Origin: Octopus vulgaris
Lineage: Eukaryota
Length of the DNA stretch: 64,000 nt
Assembly: GCA_951406725.2 (NCBI GenBank)
Contig: OX597816.1
Coordinates: 179,428,001-179,492,000 of the forward strand
Direction of reading: 5' to 3'
Part shown: positions 1-13,758 of the stretch, one piece after another
Layout: the number at the start of each line of letters is the position of its first letter
How positions within the stretch are numbered: the first letter of the stretch is position 1
The notes under the pieces: model-generated
Databases searched by the model: none
Told to the model about the DNA's origin: nothing
The model's input: only the letters and a program-made list of their open reading frames with translations
Program-made: the position numbers and the translations under genes

Positions 1-1475
1 TTTCACACCAGTGCAAGCATCAGGCAAAACATGTGCACACACACACTAAATCAGAAAAGTGCCACTCAGAATAAAGAAAAACTATATGCAGGATAAAGTA
101 AGAAACAAAACTGCTGACTGATTTTTGGTAAAGATCAAAGTAGAACCTAATACTCTTTAATCTCAATAATTCTTTTTCTTTCTTATAGCTATATTTGTGT
201 ATGTGTATATATTTATTTCTTTAAAGAATAAAGGAAGACACATTGGGTCTCCCTTCCCTGATGTATGTGCTTATGTGTGTGTGTGTGAATATATACACAT
301 ACACAAATATAGTGCAGCAAGTCATAAAAGGCAGCAATATGACGTAATGGTCGTTTGCCCGAACAAGCATAATTGTTGGTATTCCACTGGTTAAAATTAC
401 TGCCCATATACGAATTCTAAACTTTCGTCAAAGAAATGTTACACGAAATACAGTTCTTAGAATTCGGATATGAGTATTTATAAAAACCCTGATTTTTGGG
501 AAATTACTCAGTGTTTGTTGGGTGTTACTAAGATCCACGACACTCACTCATTGAGATATTGGCTACTTTTTATGCCATGTCTATGATAAAAATCCAACAA
601 GACTTATTTGAAATGTTGTGAACTCTAGTAGTTAGTATGAAAGATTAGCTAGTGTGAATTTTGAGTCGTGATTCTCTATGACAAAATGACTTTACTTTAA
701 ATGACTGTACTATAAATGCTAATTGTACATAAATAAAATAATGTAGCAATTATTTTCTCTTTCTTCACGTTCTTCAACTTGTTAATGAAATTTATATCTA
801 CAATTTTGAAATTGTGTATTTTTTTATAGCAGTTAAAAGAACACGAAATTATTTATCTTCAACATACATGCATGTATAAAATGTCCGTTAGCATTTCGGA
901 GTATATATTTCTCACTATGGCGTTTATGTAGCTGGAGTCAGGATCTATGTATAATGATAATGCTTATAAGTAAGTTATAAGTGATGGGTTTCTCAAAAAA
1001 TATTCCTACTTCAAAAATAAAATATATTCATTATCTATTTCCAAATAGGAAACATATAAAAATAGTGTTGCACAAACGGTAACAAAATGCGGCTATAAAA
1101 AGTGGTGACCGGCTATAAAAATAGCTTTAAGAAGGAAAATGAATTGTTGAAATTAAAGAGTATTAGATTCTACTTTGATCTTTACTCATTAGATTCTACT
1201 TTGATCTTTGCCAAAATTCAATCAGCATTTTTGTTTCTTACTTTATTCCGCATTATAAAGTCAATTAAGTGTTTCTTTATTCTGAGTAAGACTTTTCTGA
1301 TTTAGTGACCAAAAAATTTCATGTGTTTGAATCGTGTTCTCTCAGTTACCTTTGCTATGAAACACACACTTGCCTTATTACTACAGCTGACTGGTGAGTT
1401 AGTGGAAGATAAATTTATTTTCAAAATTTATTTCACCCAAGCTAAAAATATTTAAAAAATAGATGATCATGACTA

Positions 1476-1780
1476 GGCACAAGCATAGATGTGTGACTTC
1501 AGGCTCAATCCTACTGCATGGTACCTTGAGCAAGTGTCTTCTACTATAGCTTAGTGAATGGATTTAGTAGAATGATGTGTGTGTGTGTGCATGTGTATTT
1601 GTTCCCCACCACCACTGTTTGACAACTAATGTTGGTTTATTTACATTCCTGTCATGTAATGATTCAGCAACAGAGACCAGTAGCATAAATACTGGAATCG
1701 ATATGTTCGACTAAAACTTTGCAAGATAGTGGCTCCACATGGCCGCAGTTCAATGACTGAAACAAGTAACAGATAAAAGA
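1476..1780 (+). mobile_element. tRNA-derived SINE, family A (degenerate)
   Basis: Same head/body/tail motifs (ccttgagcaagtgtcttctactatagc ... gactgaaacaagtaa) as the better copy at 26351-26748. Confidence 0.8.
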
Positions 1781-3579
1781 TATAGGATAAAAAAATAAAA
1801 AAAAAACATTCATGAAAAAAACAAAACAAAGCTGATATTTATTTTAATTAATCTTTACAAGCATTTAAGACAGCTCAACACAAGCAAGATTTGAAGGCAA
1901 TGAATTTGAATAATGTAGTTTGTACTGACTGAAACCTTATCCCTGTTCCTACTTTAATTACAACAACTTATTAATCTAATTTATGATTGTAATATAGATT
2001 GGTAGAACAATAATTTGGAATATGTAAAGTATTATTAAAGTTAGATATAAAGTACTAGTTGAGTTAGATATAAAGTACTAGTTGAGATATAAAGTACTCG
2101 TTGAGTATTTGTTATTTAACTGTAATCACAACAAACTTGTATGTCAGCAGGCCTGTAACTTTGTCCTTATATATAACCCAAGTAACATAAATGAGGCATT
2201 GTTGTTGCTATAATGTATTAAACATGTGAATATGCGACATTTACTGAAGTTACAAGTTATTTTGAGACAGAAAGCTTTGTACAATAAGGATTTTGTTGAC
2301 CTCATCTAGTAAAATAAATAAAAAGAATTTGCCAGTATCTCTCTATGTATACATGAAAACCGTTTCTACTAACTTTTATGTACAATAGCTTCATGATTTT
2401 TAAAGATTTTGTCAAAGATTAATTAAACACATTTAGAAAGTCACTGAGTATAAATTCAACCAAATTTATCAGTGTTTTAATTCTAGGCACCTGATTTTTA
2501 ACCAACAGTTTGCCATCTAAGTAGTAAACAGAGTGAAGTCTACTTAACCTCTATAGCCTTTGAAAAATGGGTACTTTCAGTGTGATATAGAAATAATCAA
2601 GTGAAGCTGATTAGCCACTGAATGAGTGCATAAATGACTTTGTATGGCAAACACTCACTGAAATGACCTCAACATAATTATTTGCTTACATTGTTTACTC
2701 TTTTGATTTTCTCTGAGATACTGAGTCAACTGCAGACACTTACATAATTATTAATGAACACTCATTGGTAGAAGTCCTCAATATAGCTATTAAATACTAA
2801 CTACAGTCATTCTAATTAAATGAAAAAAAAAATGGGGTGGGGGGTTTAGAGCTACTACAAGCTACTAAAAGTGTTTCTGAAATTGAAATAATATTTACTG
2901 ATATATTTGAAATGAAAAAAAAAAAAAAGTGATTATTCTTTTCACACCAGCTGGTGTTCTAATTGTGCTATTCTTATTAAAATTCACTTGATGCTCTCAT
3001 CTCTTCTGGTTCCATCACCTCCATTGAGACCCCATTTTTAGTCAGCTCTACTTTCCCAAGACTACATTTTTCAGGCCCATTGTCCTTACTTACCACTATT
3101 ACTAAGTTACATTAATTCAAGCTTAACTTTTATCACAATCTAATCAGCCACTCCAGTTTGACAGTTTAAAGTGACTACAGAAGGCTATGAACACTGCCTT
3201 CTTTCATTGAGATATTCAGTAACTTTTGCATTAAAAAAAGTTATTACACTCAAGATTACATTGGCCTAGTAATAAGATAAGCATATGCTATTCCTCCCCT
3301 TCCAAATGTTTGAAAATGATTAATTTCAATACAGTGATTCTACACATGTTCTATTACCATAGTACTAAACTACCTTCAACTCTTGTGATCCAATGTCGGA
3401 AACACTTTAAATACAACAATTAAATGGAATATCCATAGTAAATAGGTAAATTTTGTTTACGTTGAATGCACATTAGTAGATTTGATATTCTAATTTGATG
3501 CCTTAAACTATTAACTGCCAACATCAACAATATACCAGAAATATTTAACCCCTTCCTAACATTAGTCAATTTCCTTGGA

Positions 3580-5210
3580 TTCTATTTCAGAGACATCTAA
3601 TGTGGACCAGCTGATGTTGACTGTGTGTGTTTTTTTTTTTCAGGGCCAGTTGAAAAACATGGGAAATTTTTGGATATGGAAGGCCATAATATTGAACTGC
3701 TTACTCAAAGTCTATTTGATTCATTGAAGGGAAATGGTAGTGATTATAAAAGACTGTAATATTCAAAGTTATGACAATCCCATTGATATGAATGGCAAGC
3801 ATAGCAGCTTACAAACACAAATTAAAGAGCTGTATGAGTTTGCAAATTACATTCCATGTAATGCACATGTACTAAATTTGGTATATATTAACAACAGAGG
3901 AAGTATTAAAACTGAGAGGCAATATTTATCCCCATTTAAACGAGGATGTTCTGTTAAAATAAACTATATTGTGATAGATACCATGAAAGAAACTCTCATA
4001 TTGGCTTCTGGTACAAAATGCACTCTTGTTTTACATTAAATTTGGTTGCAAAATGTGCTGCCGAATGTAGTCATGAAGTATTAATTTCTTTTGAATTTGA
4101 ACAAATTTTCTTTAAATTTGTACATTTTTTTCTGTTTGTATTTATCGGTGGTTTCTGCTGCATTATCTGATGATGGTGTTCATTAGCCAATTGGAAAAAG
4201 AATGTCAGGTGGTCAGCTCCAGTAGAGATGCAACAAAAGCACTTTTTACATTGTGTATCAGTAATAAAACTCATCTTGGCTGACATTTCAGAAAACAATC
4301 ACCAGCAGAGTGAGTCAGCAACCGATTCAGAGACTACTTTCAACCGTAATCAATTTAGCAGTAGGAATAATGATCATATTGTAGGATCAGATATTAAAGT
4401 GTTTTTCAAATAACTAATGCTTCTTTGCAATATTTTTTTTGGTCTTGCATAAAGTTTGTGTGCTTTATAAATCTTTGCATGAATAAATTCAAACTATGTG
4501 ATCTCCCGTTTCAGATAATCTGACTATAAAGATAATTAACAACAAACTCAAAGAGAAATGTAAAAGAATCGGAAATGATGATGATGATGATTTCAGTTGT
4601 TGTAGCACACTTAAGTCACATGCGTCTCAAATGCTTTCTAAGAAGGTTAAGAGCCAAACATTTCTTGCTATTATTGATAGATTCCTTTCTATCCTGTCAA
4701 AATGCCAGAAAGCTTATCAAAAGATGGATGGTACATTTGAATTCCTCTAACTATTTTGAAAACAAACATTCTCCATGGCAGCTGGTAACCATAGTGACAA
4801 ATAGTTGTGCTAGACATTTTCTACAATTAGATATTAGAACTCAAAGAATTATCGCCATCAAATGGCAAACCGGTAACTGTACATAGTCTTATTTGGTGTC
4901 AATACGAAAAGTAATTTGTTTTAAACAATTCAGTAAATTGCACAAATTCTTCCCTAAGAGTTTCTTCAGGTGTAAATTATTGTAATTGATGACAAGATCT
5001 ACACCGTTCATTGTCTGATAAGCCTTCTGGCAATTTTGACAGGACATTAAGGAAGCCACCAATAATAGTAAGAAATAACTATCTAAAAATCATTTTGAAT
5101 GAAAACAAATTGAACAGATTCTCTGAACATAAACTTCTGAATAAAATAGACATTGCCAGTATCATCAATAGGTTTGTTCTTGTTAAATCTAGAAAATGTA
5201 ATTAACAGGG
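3580..5210 (+). mobile_element. degenerate hAT DNA transposase remnant
   Basis: ORF 3734 contains QSYDNPIDMNGKHSSLQ...YIPCNAHVLNLV (hAT catalytic D and CxxH motif); ORF 5011 ends like the hATC dimerisation tail (IDIASIINRFVLVKSRK); many stops and frameshifts. Confidence 0.8.
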
Positions 5211-6159
5211 CAAGTAAAGAATTTCTGGGTATAATAATTTTTTGTTTTTCTGAATTTAGGGCTCCTTGATAAAATGATTCAAGTTCTACAGTTTCTTAAC
5301 TGGTCCTGGTTACACTAGATTTTAGTTAAATGACATGAAAAGAAGAAAATTCACATTATTGACTTGTTAGAGAGAGAGAAATGATGCCTTTATTTTCTTT
5401 GACCTATTTTGGAATATTTAACCTTATATGGCCACTCAATCTGCCTACCAATTGATAGTGAGGTAGTATGATAGCCAAATAAAAACAATATTGGAAGATA
5501 TAAATAGTGTAATTAAATTATAACCAGTAAGCTTTCCAAGAAAAACAACCAATATTTGAACCGTTTTCCCAGGTAACAAACACTCTTCTGTATGTACCAT
5601 TAGAGACTATCTAAAGGTCATTGTAATACTCACTAGCTATGACATCATCATTGTCATAGCTACTTTACAGTCCATGTTTATATGATTATGATGGCAAATA
5701 TATTTTCTTTATAGATATAATTAACTTCACTTACACTCATTATTCATCTAAATGAAAGATATCTATAAATTAATACAATTTTTAGTGAGTATTACAATGA
5801 ATTTTAAACAGTTTTAATAATACAGAAAAGCGTTTGTTTCAGTTATATCCAGTGAGATACTTAAATAGATGACTCACTGGAAAAACTTTTTTGATAATTT
5901 GGCCGGTAGGAAAAGTGACAAATAGTTTATATCAAAAGAGATGGTGTTATGAAGGAAATTTGACTGAAAAAATAATGCACTGAAATCTCTCTCAAAATGT
6001 AACAAAACAGACAAACTATAAAATAAATCCACATATACTCACACACACACACAACAAGAAAGGAAAACTGTAACGATTTCAAACATTGATACAAAGCTAC
6101 AGGCAATTCTTGAGGTGAGGGCACAACAATCATGCAATATCAAGACAAGGAGATACTAA

Positions 6160-6345
6160 CTCACACACACAAACACACTCACACACAGATATATATGATG
6201 GGCTTCTTTCAGTTTCCATTCACCAAATCCATTCACAAGGATTTGGTTGGCTTGGGGTTACCCCATGGTGCCACATAATGGCACTGAACTCTAAACCAAG
6301 TTGCTGGGAAGCAAGTTTCTTAACCACACAGCCATGCCTGTACCT
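6160..6345 (-). mobile_element. SINE family A, partial
   Basis: Reverse complement of the family A tRNA-like head and (CA)n linker. Confidence 0.7.
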
Positions 6346-6399
6346 CATACACGCCAGCTTAATTTAATTCGTTCTTAGTAGAAAGACATCTGTTGTTAA

Positions 6400-6690
6400 T
6401 GTCCTGTTGTTTGTATGTGTAATTGTGTACCATTTCTGCGTTTTTACCATTCTTGCTTTTGTATACATTCACTTGCTTTCTTCCAAAGAATCTAATGCTC
6501 TTAGCTTAGATTTTCTTGGAGCCAACCAGATTAGAGCAGTCTCGAGAGTAACTGGTCAAAATTGCAAAGGTGATCTGGCATTCGACTGAAGATTGAAAGC
6601 TCTGAATGACATGTCCTTGTTTTTTCCTGTCCCTTTTTTGTATTGTCTAACTGTCCAAATGTTACGTTCTTGTTCCATTTTTGTTTTTTA
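6400..6690. repeat. unclassified dispersed repeat (second copy at about 41455-41740)
   Basis: Shared sequence ttcttccaa(a/g)gaatctaatgc...ttagattttc...gactgaagattgaa in both copies. Confidence 0.7.
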
Positions 6691-6759
6691 TCTATATATG
6701 TATAGATACCTTCATTACAAATAATCATTATGAACATACCTATCATCAACAATGCAGTC

Positions 6760-6931
6760 CTTAAACCTTTAACATTTAAACTAGTCATATTTGGCCTAAA
6801 TATTCTGCTTGTTTTATGTTCAATACAGCCATATCTAACCTCACATATATGTCTTTCTAAAAATAAATAATCACATCAGTGAAATTTTGAAACTTACATT
6901 TGACAGAGTAATCTGATTATTAAAGGGTTAA
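6760..6931. mobile_element. piggyBac-like MITE (related copy at 22192-22408)
   Basis: Ends in aaagggttaa (AGGG plus TTAA); degenerate left end aacctttaacatttaaac; internal similarity to 22192-22408. Confidence 0.55.
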
Positions 6932-7707
6932 AGTCAGTAAATGAAACAAGTGATATGTTTTGGGCTTATGAAACCTTTTCCAAAAGTATATTCTACTCAG
7001 ATGGCAAGGCCAAGTGGGATTAATATATTCCTAAAAATACAAGGATTTTGAATATCAACTATATTGCTGATTATGAATAATAATAATATGGATGAGGAGA
7101 AAATAACTCAGTGGTAACTTCAGCATATCAAATACAAATACAGTAGGGTCTCACATATGTAATGTAGTGAGCTGAAAAACTTTGATCAAGAATGTTTCTT
7201 TGAGTATATTCCCTTAGTCATTGAGTTTTCATTCATAATCAATGTCAGTACATATTCCCTCAGCTATTATTATATATCAATCACTCTTCATCTTGACCAG
7301 TTCAGTAGAATATTCTTCACTGACAAGTTGTAATAATACTGAAATATGTCCATTGTACTCACAAGTTGTCTCTAAAGATCGGATCCACTCAAAACTCTGT
7401 TTTCTGTTTTGTCCAAGAATATTAGACAATAATAGATTTGGTTATTGCTTTTAGATTTTACGCTGTCACCCAAGAGAGATTTTGTCAACTGATTGCATTG
7501 ATAATCTATTTCTACATATATATTAACAATTCCTGGTCTTACCAACTGAGGAAATATGCTTCACTGAAAAGGTCTGATAAAACTGAAACACATCATTGCT
7601 TTTGCTAATGTATATTGTAAAAAGTAATTTGACCAACTGATCTTAATGGAGTTATCTCTCTTGCTTGTTGTTTTTAAATTTTAAACCCCATCCTTAGAGA
7701 GAATTTG

Positions 7708-8470
7708 GATCTCTTCAGTTTTGATCACAGATTTTTTAATTATTTTTTTTTTTAACTAAACAATTTAAAACTTCATATACTGGTGTAATTTCTCATGGTG
7801 AACACAATTTATTTTCGACATTTTGGGCAAAATTTCGTATTTTACAAGTTATTTTATGTTAGAGTCATATTTGAGTAATCTTAACCAATTGACGACGTGT
7901 GTTTAACTGAAGAAAGTTACTGCTGTTTGCAAAAGTAATTGAAGAGCAACAACTTCCAATTCATCTCTACTAAATGCCACCTCTGTGTTCTATTTTATTT
8001 TTGTTTACTGCCTGTGTTGCATATTACATGCTTTTTTTTTTTCCAAGGAAGTGTTTTCCAACAAAATGAAACCACCAAAGAACTAAAGTAAAATACTGAG
8101 CTGCTGGAATGCCGGTTAAATATTCCCAGCATCCACTGGAGTTAAAACCACCAAATATTTTAACTACATTCTTAACTGATAGAAAAAAAAAAAAGAAAAA
8201 TGAAGTGTGTAATATGCAACACAGGCAGTAAATGAAAATAAGGAAGTTGTTGGTCTTCGATTACTTTTGCAAACAGTAGCAACTTTCTTCAGCTGAATAC
8301 ATATTGATTGGTTAAAATACTCAAATATGAAATAACTTCTAAAATACGAAATTTTGTCAAAAATAGTGAAAGTAAACTGAAGTGTGAAAAATTACATCAG
8401 TATACAAAGTTTCAAAATGTTTAGTTAAGAAAAAGTAATTTAAAAATCCGTGATCAAAACTGAAGAGATC
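7708..8470. mobile_element. foldback/MITE element with long (about 250 bp) imperfect terminal inverted repeats
   Basis: gatctcttcagttttgatcac at left versus gtgatcaaaactgaagagatc at right; inverted similarity continues inward (tgtttgcaaaagtaat / attacttttgcaaaca). Confidence 0.8.
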
Positions 8471-10180
8471 TGAGTGTTTTTGTCTACTTACTGCTTGAAT
8501 AATGTAAATTGATTAAAGTTTTTTCAACTCCCTATATTATGTAGTTGTTCTTAGCACACAGAATACTTCACTGAGGTATTTCCACTCAGCCATATTGTTG
8601 ACAATACTTAATATGTGAATCCAAAATATTGATCAGTAACTACTTTTAGTTTCCAAAAATATAATCAGAAGGAAAAAATAATAATTATTAGATTAAATAG
8701 TAAACTGTTTACAAACATTCTTCTCAGTAATTGCTGTGTTAGATAATTTTGTGATTAACTCGGATTAGCTCTAGAATTCTGTTTATTTCTTAGTAAGGAT
8801 ATAAGGATTAAGAATAGGAAATTAGTTTTGTCCTAGTTAACAACTGTAGAGTAATCTTTAATATGTTAATCAGACCAGAACACCTAAAGCTATTGTAAAT
8901 GTTACAAGATTAAAGATGTTTATTAAGTTTAAATCTGAAACTATAAGTTATTGATTCACTTGATTAGTTGAACAATAATATTTTAGAACTGTTTACTAAC
9001 TGATAAGATTGACTGATATACCAATAATTTTCTCAGCTTAATACTCAGAAGATTTTTCAGCTTGCTGGACACAAAAAAATACATTTGACCTTAGTATAGT
9101 GGTGAACTTTCTTGACCAGTAGTTCTCAACTGGGGTCCAGATGACCCCTGAGGTCCATATAAGACTGGTCAAGAGAGTTCACGACAATACTAAGGTTAAA
9201 TATGTTTTTGTGTCCAGCAAGCTGAAAAATCTTCTGAATTATTAAGCTGAGATATACTACAGTTTTTTTTTTTGGGGGGGGGGGGGGTCCAAGCAAGTAA
9301 AATAGTAAATTGGGGACCCACAGTAATACCTTAAGAGCCCATAAAAACATTTTGCTTCAGATGTATACACACATACACACACGTGCACACACACACACAC
9401 ATATATATACACACATTTCCATATATCATTAATTACCTCTCTCTTGACAATTTTCTCTTACTCTGCTTCTTTCAGTTGTGTTATTGTTGACTACACAAGT
9501 CCACTTTCTAAACAAGCTATTTCTCATATTTCCTTCTTGGAATTAGCCACTTCTATTCTCACATGCATACATACAATTGATTATTTTGGTATATGAATCA
9601 CTGTATATAACAAAACCAAGGAAGTAAGCAAGAACTTTGGGAAAATTGCAAGAGTTAGTATCTCATTAACTGTGCACATCTTCAACTGAGAGCTCTGTTG
9701 TGTATTGTCAGCTACTGTATACCGTTATGGCTAAAGCTAGTGACTATTACACTTAATATGTTTAATAGCAATTGTTTTTAGGGCATAAAATTCTGATAAT
9801 TATTTGGAATTACTTTGTTATACCAAACATCACTTCTTAATAAATTCTTGTATTTCTTAAAGAAAAATATGCTGAACGTAACCATGAAGGTCCAAAATAA
9901 ATTTCTCTGTATTATATATATTATAGCTTTGAACAAACACAACCCTTTTTAGTTTAACGAAGAAGTGGAATACAAATTCTTTTAGATGCAACATTTTGAT
10001 ATTTGAGAAAACACATTTCATCTAAGTGTGTCACTTTAAAAAGCATTTATAACGTACAGTCAGGATACTCAGCAAAACCATGAAAAAAAATATGACCAAC
10101 TAATGAGAAGCAAAAATTCAAAACAGTCAGCTGTATTATAATTTACAAAATGTTTAGTAGATTGAGCTCTTAATCCTGTT

Positions 10181-10411
10181 TCAATCTCTGGTCAACATTG
10201 GTTCACTGACATCAGTAATGCCATTAGAAAAAGAATAAATATTCTGAATTTCTATTGCCTGTTTTCTAAAATGTCTGGATTTATTTGCATGAATTGGTAT
10301 AGCATATATTTTCTGTAGCTGCTTTCTATCAGTAATAGCCATCAAGTTTTGAATAATAACTGGAACTAATTTTATATCGGATTGTAGGAGTAATTTCTTG
10401 AGAAATGACAT
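10181..10411 (-). mobile_element. possible DNA transposase remnant
   Basis: NLMAITDR...VSEPMLT weakly resembles the NLLLAMLTDER...TEPPLT motifs of an invertebrate DDE transposase family; weak, from memory. Confidence 0.3.
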
Positions 10412-10559
10412 TCACAACCTATTTTTAATTCACTGTTGGAATTGTTTTACTGAACATAATACCCCAGCAGAAGATATGAAGTCTGTCCCCAAAAGAAAAT
10501 GAACTTTTTACAAAACCAGTTTATTGCTTTACTTACATTTGAATCAGACTTGTCTTTCT

Positions 10560-10900
10560 TTATAATTTAATATTGTAGCCATACACATATGTTTTGTTAC
10601 TTATGAGGATATCTTCCAGAAAGTAATGTGACTCTTCACAAAGGTGAAGAGTCACTCAGAATTGGGATTGCCTTCAGTGAATATTCTTCCTGATTTGAAA
10701 TACTGGTACCACTTGTGAGATTGCTCAAACAATACTTTCCATAGGCCTCTTGCAACATCATCAAAGTCATCATAAAAATTTTTCCTGACTTCAAACAGAA
10801 TTTCACGCAAACATGCTGACCTTCCAAATCTTTCATTGTTCAACTTGCAACAAATTACTAATTGCACCCAATATATTTAATCTAGCATTGTAAATCAATT
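10560..10900 (-). mobile_element. mariner transposase N-terminal HTH remnant
   Basis: Overlapping frames give QHVCVKFCLKSGK..TLMMLQEAYGKYCLS / KWYQYFKSGR, typical of the mariner N-terminus, frameshifted. Confidence 0.8.
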
Positions 10901-11287
10901 ACTAAAGAACAGGGCATGAAATAGCTATTATAAGGCTAACGATCAAGGTCACACATACACAGCATAGTTGGTGTACTGTCAATAAATTTGGTTATTTGAG
11001 TACAAAGCATAAATATAATATCAAGAAGATGTTTAGTCTTGGACATTATTATAAAATTCCACATAATTCCAAAGAATTTAAAGAAATAATTTTCTGAAAT
11101 TTTAAAATATATAAAAGGACAAAATAAACAATGACAATTTATTAATAAAAAAACAACAAAAAAAAAACACAAACAAACAGATTAAAAGATCCCATGCAAT
11201 ATTGTATGATAGCCATGCTGGCACCCATAATCTAAACTGTAGAAGAGAAGAAAGACTAAAGAGAAGTTGACATAAAGTAATTTATAC

Positions 11288-11442
11288 ATTATTTACATTT
11301 GATGGATATTTGTCCTCAACTTGTTAGTTGTTAACACATTTCCACTGATATACCCTCCAGCCTTCATCAGGTGTCTTGGGGAAATTTCAGACCTGGGTTC
11401 TCATTCCTAAGGTATTTTTCAATGTTATTATCATCATCATCA

Positions 11443-11482
<40 letters not shown>

Positions 11483-11652
11483 CCGAAAAATACTTTAGGA
11501 ATGAGAACCCAGGTTCAAAATTTCCCCAAGACATCTGATGAAGGCTGGAGGGTATATCAACCGAAATGTTGTATTATCAACAAACAAGATGAAGACAAAT
11601 ATCCGTCAAATGTAAATAATGTACATAATTCCTCATCTCTTAAACATAGAAC
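11288..11652. mobile_element. Penelope-like terminal repeat pair (inverted) around (TTA)n, with degenerate hammerhead motifs
   Basis: About 135-bp arms in inverted orientation flanking the microsatellite; CTGATGA-stem-GAAA at 11535-11566. Confidence 0.7.
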
Positions 11653-11731
11653 TTAAAAATATATGTGCTATTGTGAATTAGCATTATTTTATTAGGTGAT
11701 GATTATATCTCACATGTTCTATGTATTTTAG

Positions 11732-12055
11732 TGAAGGCATGTGACTTAGTGGTTAGGGTATTTGGCTCATAATCATAAGGTTATGAGTTCAATTCCTGGT
11801 AGCACATTGTGTCCTTGAGCAAGGCACTTTATTTCACATTGCTCTAGCTCACTCAGCTGGTAAAAATGAGTAGTATCTGTAATTCACTGGGCCGGCCTTG
11901 TCACATTCTGCACCATGCTAAATCTCCCTGAGAACTATGTAAAGGGTACACGTGTTTGTGGAGTGCTCAGCTACTTGCACGTTAATTTCATAAGCTGAAT
12001 GTTCTGTGGGGTGGATCAATTGGAACCCTTGCCGTCATAACCAGCAAAGTACCAG
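11732..12055 (+). mobile_element. tRNA-derived SINE, family C
   Basis: A/B-box head (gtgacttagtggttag...gagttcaattcc) and gtgtccttgagcaagg body; homologous to 36399 and 36897 copies. Confidence 0.8.
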
Positions 12056-12337
12056 TTATGCATTTTAATGTTGGGTAGTGATTGTGTAGAGTATGTGCTG
12101 TGTGACTGGTGTTATATTGTATGTCGTTGCAGGGTGTGTGTGTGTAGAATGTTTTGGTGTAAGTTGTTTGTGGTGTGTAGGATGTATTATAATAACAAGT
12201 GTTGATCATGTAAGAGAATGTGCTGTTTTAAGTTACAAGATGGTGACCATTTAGATTACATGTTGTTGGGGTTATGTTATGAGACATTATTGTTTTTTAT
12301 GTAATTAATTCTATTTTATTTAAGTAGGGTTATATAA

Positions 12338-12375
<38 letters not shown>

Positions 12376-12439
12376 ATGGGAGATCACTAGGTAACAATTA
12401 ATATTTAAAAAGACTTGTCAGTCTGCCTTATGGTCCTAT

Positions 12440-13060
12440 AGGACAAAATGGAAAAACCGTTGCTCCAAAGGATGGTGAGGGAGACTTGCTGGAACAGCCA
12501 TTCTGACTAACAAGGCTTGCACTTGAGATTGCAATAGTGGTGGATAGGGATATAGTCTGGTGGGACTGAGAATACTGGAGATCTCCATTGCCACAAGCTT
12601 GACCACAAACCTCTCAGAGAGTAGTCAATAAGGCGGCAAGCTGGCAGAATCGTTAGCACGCCGGGCGAAATGCGTAGCCGTATTTCGTCTGCCGCTACAT
12701 CCTGAGTTCAAATTCCGTCGAGGTTGACTTTGCCTTTCATCCTTCCGGGGTCGATTAAATAAGTACCAGTTACGCACTGGGGTCGATATAATCGACTTAA
12801 TCCATTTGTCTGTCCTTGTTTGTCCTCTCTGTGTTTAGCCCCCTGTGGGCAATAAAGAAACAAATATTTTGAGTTTGCCATTCTTTGACCTGATGAGCAA
12901 TAGAGGCTGGACTGGTAGCTGAACAGTCCGAGTTGCTACTGGAGAAGATGTCACAGTATGTGTCATCCCAGAAGAGGGGCCTACCACCACAGAACAGGAA
13001 AACCGTCATGCCATCAGATCTTTTACGATCCCTTAAGTCTGACCTCACTGACTTGAGCTG
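12440..13060 (-). mobile_element. CRE-like non-LTR retrotransposon RLE endonuclease remnant, interrupted by a SINE
   Basis: RDRKRSDGMTVFLFCGGRPLFWDDTYCDIF matches the GKRPDGxT.PW..G..L.WD.TC.D pattern of CRE-type restriction-like endonucleases. Confidence 0.65.
12630..12860 (+). mobile_element. tRNA-derived SINE, family B
   Basis: aaggcggcaagctggcagaatcgttagcacgccgggcgaaatgc...gagttcaaattcc; near-identical to 16265-16483. Confidence 0.85.
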
Positions 13061-13347
13061 GGAAGGGAGGGTGGTGATTTTATAGAATATGTGCTGTAGA
13101 AGTTGTTGGAAACTGTACTTGTACAGAATGTGGGCTGTACCTATTTTTTAGACCGACTGTAGATTTGTTAGGCATAGTGTGGTTTTATATCTTTTTCATG
13201 TTATTCTCTCCCATATCAAGTGCTTCAGTTATAAATGGTAATGCTTTCACTTTCATAAGAGTCAGTGAAGTCAGACACGAAGACAATACACAGAAAATCT
13301 ATCAAAAGAAAAATCAACCCCTCGTTCAAAACTCTGATGTTATTATT

Positions 13348-13758
13348 TCATTCTTTTACTTGTTTCAATCATTTGACTGCAGCTATTCTGGAGAATTGCC
13401 TTAAGGGGTCTTTTAGTCAAACAAATTGACACCAGGATTTATTCTTTGTAAGCCTAGTACTTATTCTATTGGTTTCTTTTGCTGAACCGCTAAGTTACAG
13501 GGATGTAAACACACTAACAGTGGTTGTCAAGTGATGGTGGGGTACAAACACAGACATAAAGAGACATACATATAAATACATACACACACACACACATATA
13601 TGACAAGCTTCTTTCAGTTTCCATCTACCAAATCCACTTACAAGGCTTTGGTCAGCCCAAGGCTCTAGTAGAAGACATTTGCCCAAGATGCTACACAGTG
13701 AGACTGAACCCAGAACCATGTGGATAGGAAGCAAACTTCTTACCGCACAGCCATGCCT
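13348..13758 (-). mobile_element. SINE family A, near full length
   Basis: Reverse complement of 26351-26748 architecture. Confidence 0.85.

Noticed and set aside
5459-5470. tgaggtagta, matching the first 10 nt of let-7
   Set aside because: Match stops at 10 nt and no hairpin partner was seen; chance
7560-7600. ctgaaaaggtc...tgaaacacatc hammerhead-like words
   Set aside because: Core and stems too degenerate to call; at most a decayed PLE terminus
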